From the NCBI GenBank assembly GCA_030616085.1, contig JAUWYA010000002.1:1-55650 (forward strand): a DNA stretch of 55,650 nucleotides, given 5' to 3'. Position 1 is the first letter of the stretch; each line of letters opens with the position of its first letter. Below, in pieces: positions 1 through 9,465 of this stretch. The position numbers and the translations under genes were made by a program. Below the pieces are notes generated by a model, which searched no databases, was not told where the DNA came from, and saw nothing but the letters and a program-made list of their open reading frames with translations. This stretch comes from Candidatus Nealsonbacteria bacterium (GTDB lineage Bacteria > Patescibacteriota > Minisyncoccia > Minisyncoccales > GWA2-38-27).

Positions 1-7
1 TCTTGAC

Positions 8-566
8 ATCTGTCCGACAAGCCCCGATGTTTAGCATCGGGGAAGGATAGGACAAACGAAGCAATGGCGAGGAGGACGTGTTTAATGATATAATGTAAGT
101 AATGACTGTAAAAAGAACATCTCATTCTCTATACGATCTATGGTATCACATGGCGTGGAGTACCAAGTATCGTAAGAAGATATTCACCAACCCAAGAACT
201 ATCCAACGTGTAAAAGAAATCCTCCGAGCCATTGCGTATCACTATGATATAGACATCCAAGAAGTAGAAATATGTCCTAACCACATCCATCTCTTGGCAT
301 CGGCCCCGCCGAGGCTTGCTCCGTCCCAAATAGCACAAATCTTGAAGAGTAAATCAACAGACATACTATTCAAGGAGTTTCCTTGGCTAAAGAACGAGTA
401 TTGGGGAGGAGAGATATGGGTAACAGGATACTTTGTACGTTCTGTCGGGCAATACCTAACAAAGGAACAAATCCAGAAATACATCCAAAAACAGAGCAAG
501 CCGAGGCAGATGAGGATATAAGCAAGCCCCGATGCTCGGCATCGGGGTAATTCCTTAGCCCTTGAC
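8..566 (+). mobile_element. IS200/IS605-family element (TnpA only)
   Basis: Subterminal hairpins CAAG-CCCCGATG..CATCGGGG at ~18-42 and ~523-547 flank tnpA; TTGAC at 3-7 and 562-566 are the likely cleavage sites; removing 8-566 restores ...GIVK(I/R) at the end of the neighbouring gene. Confidence 0.8.
102..521 (+). CDS. tnpA: IS200/IS605 Y1 transposase TnpA
   Basis: YHMAWSTKYR, HUH motif NHIH, W..GYFVRSVG, catalytic Tyr in KYIQKQ. Confidence 0.95.
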   Translation: MTVKRTSHSLYDLWYHMAWSTKYRKKIFTNPRTIQRVKEILRAIAYHYDIDIQEVEICPNHIHLLASAPPRLAPSQIAQILKSKSTDILFKEFPWLKNEYWGGEIWVTGYFVRSVGQYLTKEQIQKYIQKQSKPRQMRI

Positions 567-1661
567 AATTCCCTTCTCCGTATCCACTTCTACTAAATCA
601 CCGTCTTTCAGCACCTTTGTCGCAATTTTAGTACCAACAACTGCTGGTATTCTAAATTCTCTGCTTGTAACTGCTGCATGACAGGTAATTCCACCCTCGT
701 TTGTAATAACCGCTTTTACTTTTTTAAGGATGGAAATATATTCTGGCGTAGTCATTGGAGAAACAATAATATCGCCTTTTCTTATTTTTGATAGTTCTTT
801 CCGGCCTCTTACTATTCTTACTACTCCTTTAATAATCGAGTTGTTCTTAATAACGCTCATTCCTTTAAGGGTTTTTATTCTATTGGTATTCTTTTGCTCT
901 AATAGGCCCCATCCGCGTTGATTAAGATACTCTTTAATCGGAAGGTACCACACTTTTCCTTCGCCCACAAGAAAATATTTGCTTCTTTTTTCAAGCTCTT
1001 TTTTCAAATCATCGACTTTTATTTTACCCTTAAGAATGCCTTTTACTTCATTAATAGTAATAAAACGTGCAAGATCTTTAGATATTTTTACTTTTTTCAG
1101 CGAAGCTCTTCCAATTTCTTCAAGCAATTGGTTGCCGAGAGGGCCTAATATTTTATCTATCTTGTCCCGCGTATTTATAGCGTCGTTCCTTGCGTTTTTG
1201 AAAACTTTAGTTTGTTCAGGAAACCTTTTTAAACCTTGCGGGAAATAGATAATAATAAATACGCTAGGCGCTAATGAAAATATTCTTTTTATTAATTCAT
1301 TTAGAATTTTCTCTAATTTTATTTCTGAAAAATCTTCAAGTTTTTGAGATTTGTATTTATTAAAATATCTTTCGAAATCAGCGCTTTTTTTAACAGCTTT
1401 TCTACAAATATCTTTAATAAATCCTGGGTTTTTTGCCAGTTGTTTTTTAACAAAATAAAACATTCCATCAAAATACTCTTCTGGAATACGATATGTGGTA
1501 GTGCAATAACCATCCCAAACATAACAAATATCACTAATTCTCCATCCGAATTGCTTCCTAAATTCTTTAGTCCACATATAACAGCCTAGCTGGCAATAAA
1601 TAACTGTCCAATCTCGATATGCCGCAGGTTCAAAAGATAATTTTTTATGCGTTTTTGTCAT
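555..1661 (-). CDS. Variable N-terminal body + PEP-utilising phospho-His swivel domain protein (array member 1)
   Basis: C-terminal TNEGGITCHAAVTSRE...GTKIATKVLKDGD; start moved to MTKTH (1661) because the longer ORF overlaps the promoter of the divergent gene. Confidence 0.85.
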   Translation of the reverse strand: MTKTHKKLSFEPAAYRDWTVIYCQLGCYMWTKEFRKQFGWRISDICYVWDGYCTTTYRIPEEYFDGMFYFVKKQLAKNPGFIKDICRKAVKKSADFERYFNKYKSQKLEDFSEIKLEKILNELIKRIFSLAPSVFIIIYFPQGLKRFPEQTKVFKNARNDAINTRDKIDKILGPLGNQLLEEIGRASLKKVKISKDLARFITINEVKGILKGKIKVDDLKKELEKRSKYFLVGEGKVWYLPIKEYLNQRGWGLLEQKNTNRIKTLKGMSVIKNNSIIKGVVRIVRGRKELSKIRKGDIIVSPMTTPEYISILKKVKAVITNEGGITCHAAVTSREFRIPAVVGTKIATKVLKDGDLVEVDTEKGIVKG

Positions 1662-1667
1662 AAAAGC

Positions 1668-1696
1668 TTGACAAATATATAGTTTAGGTATATAAT
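1668..1696 (+). promoter_or_regulatory. sigma70 promoter
   Basis: TTGACA-17-TATAAT; AAAGGAG Shine-Dalgarno at ~1736-1742. Confidence 0.8.
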
Positions 1697-1749
1697 GTAA
1701 GTAGAACAATAAACAATATTATATTGAAAGATTCGAAAGGAGACTTGAA

Positions 1750-2196
1750 ATGATTAAGAGAGTGCTATGTGTATGCATGGGTAATGGTGATCGTAGTCCA
1801 TTCATGGCTCCGGTTCTCCAAATGTATCTGGATAATACTATTCTGCCAGATGGTGAAGTACATTGCGAAAGTGCCGGAATACTGGAAATCGCCGATAAGA
1901 GCGGTGGTGCATCTCCTCTAATGATTAAGGCAGCGAGACGGATTGGTATTGACCTTTCGTCTCACCAAAGGCGTTGGGTCAATCGGTTGGACATCAACCA
2001 TTACGATCTCTTCGTCTGCGTAGATGATGAAGTGGCTGCCTACATGATTAACCTCGGCGCAGATATAAAGAAAGTCTGTAATGTCCAAATCAGTAATGCC
2101 TGGCCATCAACGTTTCAGAGAGATCTGGATGATACTGCCGAAAGAATCCTGGGAGCAATGTTCCGCGTAGTTACTCGGTATTTTCACTCCGAGTGA
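1750..2196 (+). CDS. Low-molecular-weight protein-tyrosine phosphatase/ArsC-like protein
   Basis: VLCVCMGNGDRS P-loop (CxxNxxRS), CESAG, GIDLSSH. Confidence 0.85.
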   Translation: MIKRVLCVCMGNGDRSPFMAPVLQMYLDNTILPDGEVHCESAGILEIADKSGGASPLMIKAARRIGIDLSSHQRRWVNRLDINHYDLFVCVDDEVAAYMINLGADIKKVCNVQISNAWPSTFQRDLDDTAERILGAMFRVVTRYFHSE

Positions 2197-2214
2197 AACT
2201 ATCAGTAGTTCATA

Positions 2215-2254
2215 AGCCCAGTTACAACAGTGTTTGCAATTGGGCTATTTTTTT
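2215..2254 (+). terminator. Intrinsic terminator
   Basis: AGCCCAGTTACAA/TTGCAATTGGGCT stem followed by a T-run. Confidence 0.7.
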
Positions 2255-2272
2255 ATTTCAAGATTATATATC

Positions 2273-2313
2273 ACACCTTAACGAATCAAGGTTCTGCCAA
2301 AGGTAGGGTCTTA
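2273..2313 (-). repeat. Two-hairpin dispersed repeat (TAAGAACC-hairpin-AGAACCTTGATTCGCTAAGGT), copy 1
   Basis: Begins at the TAA stop of 2311..3669; related copies at 15976, 18088 and 54678. Confidence 0.75.
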
Positions 2314-3669
2314 TTTCCTTTTTAATATTTTAACAGTCCCCTTCTTCGCATCCATCTCCACCAAATCTTCATCTTTTAAAACTTTTGTTGCGTTTTTTGT
2401 GCCAACGATACAGGGTAAATTCAATTCTCTACTAACAATAGCTGCATGACTCAACATCCCTCCTTCATCTGTTATTATACCCGAAGCTTGTCTCAATATT
2501 GGTAGATAATTTGGGGTTGTCATCTGTGTTACTAAAATATCACCCTTTTTAAATTTGGGAAATTGTTTCTCTAAATTAAATTCACTAGAAATTATTTTTA
2601 TTAATCCTTTGGCAACTCCTTTATTTACCACTACTCCTCTTTTTAGTTCCTTTTCATCTTGCTCAACCCATCTTTTTATTCTTTGATAGTCATCACCATA
2701 ATAAAATCTACTTTTATAATTATTAGAGACTAAAGCAAACTTATTACTTCTAACTTTTAGATTTTTGAATTTCTTCTCTAAAGCTTCATTTAATTCATCT
2801 CTTAACATTAATTCTAAATCTTTTAATTTAATTTTTGACCTTCGACTAAGTTCTTTAAAGAGCTTTAATTTGCCCAACACTATAGGAGTAGTCCAATATT
2901 GACTCAAGTCCGATCTTAAAGCAGCGTAATCTGAAAGAACGTCCACAAGTTTATTTTTAATAGATTTCTTATTATTCTTTAATAAAATATTTTCTTTTCT
3001 GTCTCTTTGCAGTTCTTCTTTTTTTAATCTTTTAATCAGCGCGTTCTTATTCAAAACCTTAAATGTCTCAAAAGCTCCAAAAAACATATATTTATCTAAA
3101 TATTTTTCTATACTATTATTTGTTTTTTTTGATCTTAGTCCCTTTTCCTTATAGACTTTTACCAAATTCTTCCAGTCTTTATTTTCTTGGATAAAGATAT
3201 CGTCTTTGGCTTCTATAGACACATCTCCAAACTTTTCCTTTAATGTCTTTTCAATAATCTCTGTTCTTTGGGGTTGACTTATTTCAAAATACGCTAAAAA
3301 ATTAGAATAATAGTCAAAAACTCTATTTAAGTGGTCTATTAATTCTTTATCTTCTAGTTTTGCCAAATCAGTTTTCCATAATTTCTTATAATAAGATAAA
3401 ACTCCCTTCATATCTCTACGAGCTTTTTTTAATACCCTCTTTGCTAATTGATGATTAGAAAAAAACTTTTCTCCAATAATTCTTTCTTTCTTCCAATCTT
3501 TCTTCGATGTAAAACACTTAACAAACCCTTTGCTATAAAGATACACTAATTTATTTCTTCCATAACCACTGATTTCTTTCAATCTTTTATTCTTCTGAGC
3601 ATCCAAATCAATCCAAACTAAAGCAAGCCCTCTATCTTCCCACATTTTAAAATATTTATCTTTAAGCAT
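2311..3669 (-). CDS. Variable body + phospho-His swivel domain protein (member 2)
   Basis: TDEGGMLSHAAIVSRE C-terminal domain. Confidence 0.9.
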   Translation of the reverse strand: MLKDKYFKMWEDRGLALVWIDLDAQKNKRLKEISGYGRNKLVYLYSKGFVKCFTSKKDWKKERIIGEKFFSNHQLAKRVLKKARRDMKGVLSYYKKLWKTDLAKLEDKELIDHLNRVFDYYSNFLAYFEISQPQRTEIIEKTLKEKFGDVSIEAKDDIFIQENKDWKNLVKVYKEKGLRSKKTNNSIEKYLDKYMFFGAFETFKVLNKNALIKRLKKEELQRDRKENILLKNNKKSIKNKLVDVLSDYAALRSDLSQYWTTPIVLGKLKLFKELSRRSKIKLKDLELMLRDELNEALEKKFKNLKVRSNKFALVSNNYKSRFYYGDDYQRIKRWVEQDEKELKRGVVVNKGVAKGLIKIISSEFNLEKQFPKFKKGDILVTQMTTPNYLPILRQASGIITDEGGMLSHAAIVSRELNLPCIVGTKNATKVLKDEDLVEMDAKKGTVKILKRK

Positions 3670-3678
3670 AGATAATTT

Positions 3679-5088
3679 CTACCTTAATATTTTTACAAGG
3701 CCTTTATTAGCATTTACTTTTATTTTATCACCATTCTTAATAAGCGTTGTGGCGAAATGAGTTCCAACAATACAAGGTATTTTCAGCTCCCTTGAAATTA
3801 TAGCTGCGTGAGAAAGCATTCCCCCTTCATCTGTTATAATAGCGCCTGCTTTACTAGCAATGTCCATTATACTAGGCTGGGTCATTTCTGTAATAAGAAT
3901 TTCTCCTTTTTTAAATGATTTTCTCACTTCTCTAACATTTTCCATATTGCCTGCATATAAAATACGGGCTATGCCAGAAAAATTGCCAGGGTTAGCACAA
4001 GCTCCCTTAAGTTCGTTTGTTGCGCTTATTTTATAAAGTGGTCCTAGTTCTTGTTTGGCAATCTCTTCAGCTCTATCTCCTGAATAATAACTTGCTTTGC
4101 CATTTTTCCATAATCCTACAAAACATTTATCTCTTTTTCCCATTTCTTCCTTGCTTAACTTTTCCTTTTTTAATAACAAATCCCCCACTTCTTCAATAAA
4201 ATAATACTTCTGAAGATTATAAATATTTTCTTTGGTTCTTTTAGCTATTTGTTCAAAAAGAAAAATAAAATACCAATCAGTTCCTCCCCAACAAGATTTT
4301 ACTTCTGCTCTTGATAAGGCAATGCGCTGGCTAATTTCTGCTAATCTCCTTAATTTTGGCTTCTGCTTTAAGACCCTTTCTTGTTTTTCTTTAAGCTCTT
4401 GTTTTTCTTTTTTAATATCTTTTTTTATTAAGTGTTTTTTATCATAATCATATCTTTGTTTTAAAGTTTCAATAGCATCCTTTAAAGTAAAATGAACAGC
4501 TACAAGCCAAGGATATTTATAAATATGTTCTATAATTCTTTGCTCTGAAAACGGTTTTTTTATAAGTTCCTGCCAATCTATTTGCTCTAAGTTTATAGTG
4601 TCTAACTCAGGAGAAAGCATTAATAAAGATGCATTCTCATCAGAAGCATATTTTTTGATTTCTTCAACAAGATAATAAGTTCCCTCTGCCTGGCTAAATA
4701 TAAAATAACTCATCATTAAAGACCACATATCTGTCATTTTTACAAACCAGTTATATAATTGTTTATTAGATAACTTAGAATAATCTATATCTCTCAATTC
4801 TCTAAACATTTTCTGATAATCACTACAAACTTCCTCCATATCTTTTATAAGTTTTTCAAAATACTCTTTTTTTAAAAGCTTTTTTCCTCTTTTTTCGTTA
4901 TTTTCAAGGTCTTTTTTAGAATAATAAACCGAAATTTTATTATTCCTTGAAACTTCTATTACATTTTTCATTCTACTCCAATCAATCTCTGGATATTTAA
5001 TAAGAGTGTTTATATTTGTCTCAATGGTAAAATCTGCCTGATAATTGCTCCAAATAAATGCGTATTTTGATTTTTCCTGATTTTGCAT
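3679..5088 (-). CDS. Variable body + phospho-His swivel domain protein (member 3)
   Basis: TDEGGMLSHAAIISRE C-terminal domain. Confidence 0.9.
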   Translation of the reverse strand: MQNQEKSKYAFIWSNYQADFTIETNINTLIKYPEIDWSRMKNVIEVSRNNKISVYYSKKDLENNEKRGKKLLKKEYFEKLIKDMEEVCSDYQKMFRELRDIDYSKLSNKQLYNWFVKMTDMWSLMMSYFIFSQAEGTYYLVEEIKKYASDENASLLMLSPELDTINLEQIDWQELIKKPFSEQRIIEHIYKYPWLVAVHFTLKDAIETLKQRYDYDKKHLIKKDIKKEKQELKEKQERVLKQKPKLRRLAEISQRIALSRAEVKSCWGGTDWYFIFLFEQIAKRTKENIYNLQKYYFIEEVGDLLLKKEKLSKEEMGKRDKCFVGLWKNGKASYYSGDRAEEIAKQELGPLYKISATNELKGACANPGNFSGIARILYAGNMENVREVRKSFKKGEILITEMTQPSIMDIASKAGAIITDEGGMLSHAAIISRELKIPCIVGTHFATTLIKNGDKIKVNANKGLVKILR

Positions 5089-5089
5089 A

Positions 5090-6529
5090 TTAATTTCTTT
5101 TTATAATTCTAACAATCCCCTTCTCCGCATCAACTTCCACCAGATCTCCATCTTTTAATGCTTTAGTGGCTATTTTGGTGCCAATAATACAAGGTTTATT
5201 CATTTCACGAGAAACTATAGCAGCGTGACAAGTAACACCGCCTTCATCTGTAATAAAGCCAGCTGCTTTTTTCATTAATAAAATATAATCGGGTGTAGTC
5301 ATAGTAGCTACTAAAAACTCGTTCTTTTTTAACTTGTTTTCTTGCTTCGAAGATAAGATAATTTTTACTCTACCTATATATTTCTTTTTTAATCCATTGC
5401 AAGCCACCTGTCCTTTAATTTCCGTTTCTTCAGATTGCTCTTTTAACTCTTTTAAAATTTTATTCTTATCTTTATCTGAAATAATAGTAATTTCTCCTTT
5501 TTCTCCTTTTACAATAAAATCTTTTTTTATTCTTTTATTGCTTACTTTCTTGAGATAATCTTTATCCTTTTCTATATTAATTAACTCCTCTGTAAATAAA
5601 TACTTTAAATTCTTAAAAGAAATATTATATCTTTTTTCCAGTTCCCATAAAATATGAGAATACCAATAATAAAGCTGGAATGTATACTTTTTTCTTTCAT
5701 CTGTCCATAAAGTTATAATATGAGCTTTTTTGATTAAATCTAAATATTTTTTATTTAGTTTAAATTTTTTAATTATTTCTTTCCTTTTTAGTAGATTTTC
5801 TTTTTCTTGTTTTTCTATTTGTTTTATTTTTTTATCTGTTTTCTTAATAAACTTAATATTCTTTTTTATTTCTTTTAAAAAATAATCTTTTCTCCAATAT
5901 TTTGGTCCATCAATAGAAAAAGGAATCCAACCATAATCGTTTGCCAATTCCTGACTTAACTTTTCCAGGTTTTTTTCTTTTGCTTTTACTAATTTTGTAT
6001 ATTTTAATAACTTATATTCTAACTGACTAACTGCTGTTTTTTCTTTAGGCGTGATTAATATCAAAAAATCTTCTTTTGGAATATTTAGTAAATTGTATAT
6101 TTTTTCTTGAAATTTATCTGCTCCCAAAAACCAAGCTAAAACATTGGCACTATCATAATTTAAACATCTATCTTTTATTTTATTTCCTAAATTAATTAAT
6201 TCTTTAAATGTTAATTTTGAGAAATTAACACTTTCAACCTCCCTTAAAAATCTTTTTGTTTTCTTCTTTTCTAAGTTGACTCTATTTTCTATTTTTTTAA
6301 AATATTTATCTTTTAATAGTCTACTAGCAATATATTCTCCTTTTTTGTTCCACTCACTTTTTAAAAATATTAACTTATGACTTCCCAAATTAAAATAGAA
6401 CCACCCTTTTGAAAGAACAATATTATACAATTCCTTAGTCTTTAGTGAAGTTTGATAAATTATGTTCCAGTACACGGGCGATGGCATATGCCTTCTTTCC
6501 CTCATTATTAAATATTTTTCTTTTTTCAT
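5090..6529 (-). CDS. Variable body + phospho-His swivel domain protein (member 4)
   Basis: TDEGGVTCHAAIVSRE; DYGWIP and DERK motifs in body. Confidence 0.9.
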   Translation of the reverse strand: MKKEKYLIMRERRHMPSPVYWNIIYQTSLKTKELYNIVLSKGWFYFNLGSHKLIFLKSEWNKKGEYIASRLLKDKYFKKIENRVNLEKKKTKRFLREVESVNFSKLTFKELINLGNKIKDRCLNYDSANVLAWFLGADKFQEKIYNLLNIPKEDFLILITPKEKTAVSQLEYKLLKYTKLVKAKEKNLEKLSQELANDYGWIPFSIDGPKYWRKDYFLKEIKKNIKFIKKTDKKIKQIEKQEKENLLKRKEIIKKFKLNKKYLDLIKKAHIITLWTDERKKYTFQLYYWYSHILWELEKRYNISFKNLKYLFTEELINIEKDKDYLKKVSNKRIKKDFIVKGEKGEITIISDKDKNKILKELKEQSEETEIKGQVACNGLKKKYIGRVKIILSSKQENKLKKNEFLVATMTTPDYILLMKKAAGFITDEGGVTCHAAIVSREMNKPCIIGTKIATKALKDGDLVEVDAEKGIVRIIKRN

Positions 6530-6544
6530 GTTTAACTTAAGAAA

Positions 6545-8011
6545 CTAAGCTCTTTTTAAAATCTTCACAATCCCCTTTTCCGCGTCAACCTCAACTAAAT
6601 CCCCGTCTTTTAATACTTTCGTTGCTATTTTGGTACCGATGATACAAGGTTTATTCATTTCTCGTGAGACTATTGCTGCATGACAAAGTATTCCTCCTTC
6701 GTCTGTTACAAAAGCTGCTGCTTTCTGCATAGCTGAAATCATTTCAGGAATTGTCATGGGAGCAACAAGAATATCGCCTGTTTTTACCTTATCAACATCA
6801 TCTATGGAATTTACAATTCTAGCTATACTTCTAATAAGACCTCTATTAGCTATTACACCATAAAGCTTAGAAGCTTGTTCTATTTCTTCATATATCTTGT
6901 ACTTATTTCTATATTTATCAATTTCTTTTTTAGGAAAAACAATAATTTTGCCGTATTCTTGAAACATGCCATAACCAGATATTCTCTCTTTTATAATTTT
7001 AGAAGGCACTTTTCTGGTGCTTGAAAAATATTTAATAATTTCTAATGGCGTTAGAACAATTATTGATTTCAAGTCTAAATTCATTCTTGAAGCGATTTCT
7101 GATAATAAGGGTTTTGCATAAAAGCTCGACATCATAAAAGCATTCATTCTAAAAGTACGGAGAAAAACATAATTTCTAGCAAGATCAATAATCATTTCTT
7201 CCTCTCTTGTAAAATTCAGCTCTTTAAATATCTTCTTTATTCTTTTTTTATTTTCTTTTTCAGATTTGATTATTTCCTCTAATCTCTCTTTGCAATTTTC
7301 TTTAATAATATCTTTTAGTCTTTTTAAGACATCCTCTCGTTCATATTTATCTCTAAAATAACGACCGACATTCATCCAACCAAATTCATCAATATATTCA
7401 TCGATCATTTTATAAGCTTTTTTATCGAGTTTATTCAAGGCAAGTTTAGAGTTTTGAATATATGCTCCTATAGAAAATAGAAATCTTAATTCTTTTTCGT
7501 TTTCATTGGTTCTATTAGGAGTAGTTAGAGTTAAAAAATAATCTTGAATTATTTTTCTATTCTTTATTTTTGAATGAAATATGCTTTCTATCTTTTTTTC
7601 TAAGATAAAGCCGATGTTAAGTGGAATTTGAATTGCTGTTGAAAGATCACAATTCTTTTTTACATATTTCTTAAATAAAGAAACTAATTTTTTATCATTT
7701 AGAGAAGATAAATCTTTATTAAGTTTTTTAGAAAAAGATATTAAATCTTTTCCCATATTTTCCCATTTTAAGGAAAAATCTTTAAGAAAATTGTAGCCTT
7801 CTTTATTTATTCTTTTTTCGAGCTTGTTACTAACTCTATTAAAATCTTCTTCAGGACTATAAACATCTCCGTCTAAATAAAGATAATACCTATATCCAAT
7901 ATTTTGTCCTAATATTTTCTTACAGCTTTTTTCATCTTGCTTACAAGTTAAGAAATACAAAAAAAGGACACTAGTTTTCCTATTAACAATTTTTTTCCAT
8001 TTCATTTTCAT
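6545..8011 (-). CDS. Variable body + phospho-His swivel domain protein (member 5)
   Basis: TDEGGILCHAAIVSRE; EFGWM and RTFR motifs; 4-bp overlap with upstream gene. Confidence 0.9.
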   Translation of the reverse strand: MKMKWKKIVNRKTSVLFLYFLTCKQDEKSCKKILGQNIGYRYYLYLDGDVYSPEEDFNRVSNKLEKRINKEGYNFLKDFSLKWENMGKDLISFSKKLNKDLSSLNDKKLVSLFKKYVKKNCDLSTAIQIPLNIGFILEKKIESIFHSKIKNRKIIQDYFLTLTTPNRTNENEKELRFLFSIGAYIQNSKLALNKLDKKAYKMIDEYIDEFGWMNVGRYFRDKYEREDVLKRLKDIIKENCKERLEEIIKSEKENKKRIKKIFKELNFTREEEMIIDLARNYVFLRTFRMNAFMMSSFYAKPLLSEIASRMNLDLKSIIVLTPLEIIKYFSSTRKVPSKIIKERISGYGMFQEYGKIIVFPKKEIDKYRNKYKIYEEIEQASKLYGVIANRGLIRSIARIVNSIDDVDKVKTGDILVAPMTIPEMISAMQKAAAFVTDEGGILCHAAIVSREMNKPCIIGTKIATKVLKDGDLVEVDAEKGIVKILKRA

Positions 8012-9465
8012 AGATTAACTGCTTTTTTTAAAATCCTTACAATCCCCTTCTCCGCATCAACTTCCACCAAATCTCCATCTTTTAATACTTTAGTTGCTAT
8101 TTTGGTACCGATGATACAGGGTTTGTTCATCTCACGTGCCACAATAGAAGCGTGAGAGGTTATTCCACCCTCATTAGTTACAAAAGCAGCTGCTTTTTCC
8201 ATAATAGGAACAAAATCAACGGATGTCATAGTCGTAACCAGTATTTCCTTTGATTTAAACTTATTAAAATCTTTAGAGCTTAGAATAATACTTACGATCC
8301 CACGAATCTTACCGCTGTTAGCGCTCAATCCTTTTATTTGTTTTACTTTCTTATCTTTCTTCTTAGATTTTCCTTGAATTAACTTAATGTGGCTGAGAAA
8401 GGAATTTAAGTCAGAATCATTCAGGAAAACTAAATCATCACTAGTTGCAATACGCATTCCTACTATTCTTCTCTTTTTAACAATTTTAGATACTGGTATC
8501 TTTCTACCTTTTAACATTGAAGTTATTTCTTCTGGTAAAAGATAAAAACAAAATTTCCAATCAGAGAAATTATAAAGATTAGCAATCTGAGCAAAAATAG
8601 AATAGAGCTTAAGAGAAACTATGCTAAAAATATTCTTTCTAAATTCATTGAGAGAAGTGCCCTCTTGAACTGCTAATGCAAGTATTCCAATATTCCTGTT
8701 ATTTATTTTTTTAAGAAGGATTTTTGCTTCATCAATTTTCTTTTTATGGTTTTTTCTAATTGCATCTTTTTCTCTTTTGCAGTCTTTTTTAAGAACTTCC
8801 TTTAGCTGCTTCTTTGCATCAACTAGCTTCCAAGGATTACCACAATAACCTACTGGAATATGACCATATTCTTCAAGCCATTTTTCTAAATAATTGTTTA
8901 TTTGATGATTCTTGATTGTTTTATTTTGTATCTTTTCTCCAATAGTTAATAAGTTAAATTGTGAATCAAAAAGAGGAGTGTGTTTTTTTGGATAAGTAAT
9001 TATAGCTAATATTTCTGGGATTTTTGTCTCAGAGAATCCTTTTTCTTTCAATTTTGCAATAAGTAGCTTTGCTCCAGAGCGTCCAATGACGGAGGTTAAA
9101 AATAAACCGGCGGTAAACCTTTGACATTCTTTAATAAGTTTCTCCCAATTTAAAACCGTAAGACTTTTTTCACATTTCTTAGTTGCAGTTAAAAATTCTT
9201 TGGCATATCTTTGATACTTTTCTTTTAATTTTTTTATTTTTGTCTTTGTGCTAACTGCCTTCATCACCGATCTTTTATACTCTTCTAGGTTTTTAGGGCG
9301 GGTGAAAAGATGTACTTCTGTGCCATTTTCCACAATAAAAAGTAGCTCTACACCCTTGTCTACGCCGAAATCCTTACTATTGTGATAATGACCCCTAGTA
9401 GACAAACATTGTGTCCAAAAAGGTAGATTCCTTGTAATAACAAGCTTCCATTGATCTTTTTTCAT
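8008..9465 (-). CDS. Variable body + phospho-His swivel domain protein (member 6)
   Basis: TNEGGITSHASIVARE; EYGHIP and NEFRK motifs; 4-bp overlap with the ATP-grasp gene. Confidence 0.9.
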   Translation of the reverse strand: MKKDQWKLVITRNLPFWTQCLSTRGHYHNSKDFGVDKGVELLFIVENGTEVHLFTRPKNLEEYKRSVMKAVSTKTKIKKLKEKYQRYAKEFLTATKKCEKSLTVLNWEKLIKECQRFTAGLFLTSVIGRSGAKLLIAKLKEKGFSETKIPEILAIITYPKKHTPLFDSQFNLLTIGEKIQNKTIKNHQINNYLEKWLEEYGHIPVGYCGNPWKLVDAKKQLKEVLKKDCKREKDAIRKNHKKKIDEAKILLKKINNRNIGILALAVQEGTSLNEFRKNIFSIVSLKLYSIFAQIANLYNFSDWKFCFYLLPEEITSMLKGRKIPVSKIVKKRRIVGMRIATSDDLVFLNDSDLNSFLSHIKLIQGKSKKKDKKVKQIKGLSANSGKIRGIVSIILSSKDFNKFKSKEILVTTMTSVDFVPIMEKAAAFVTNEGGITSHASIVAREMNKPCIIGTKIATKVLKDGDLVEVDAEKGIVRILKKAVNL

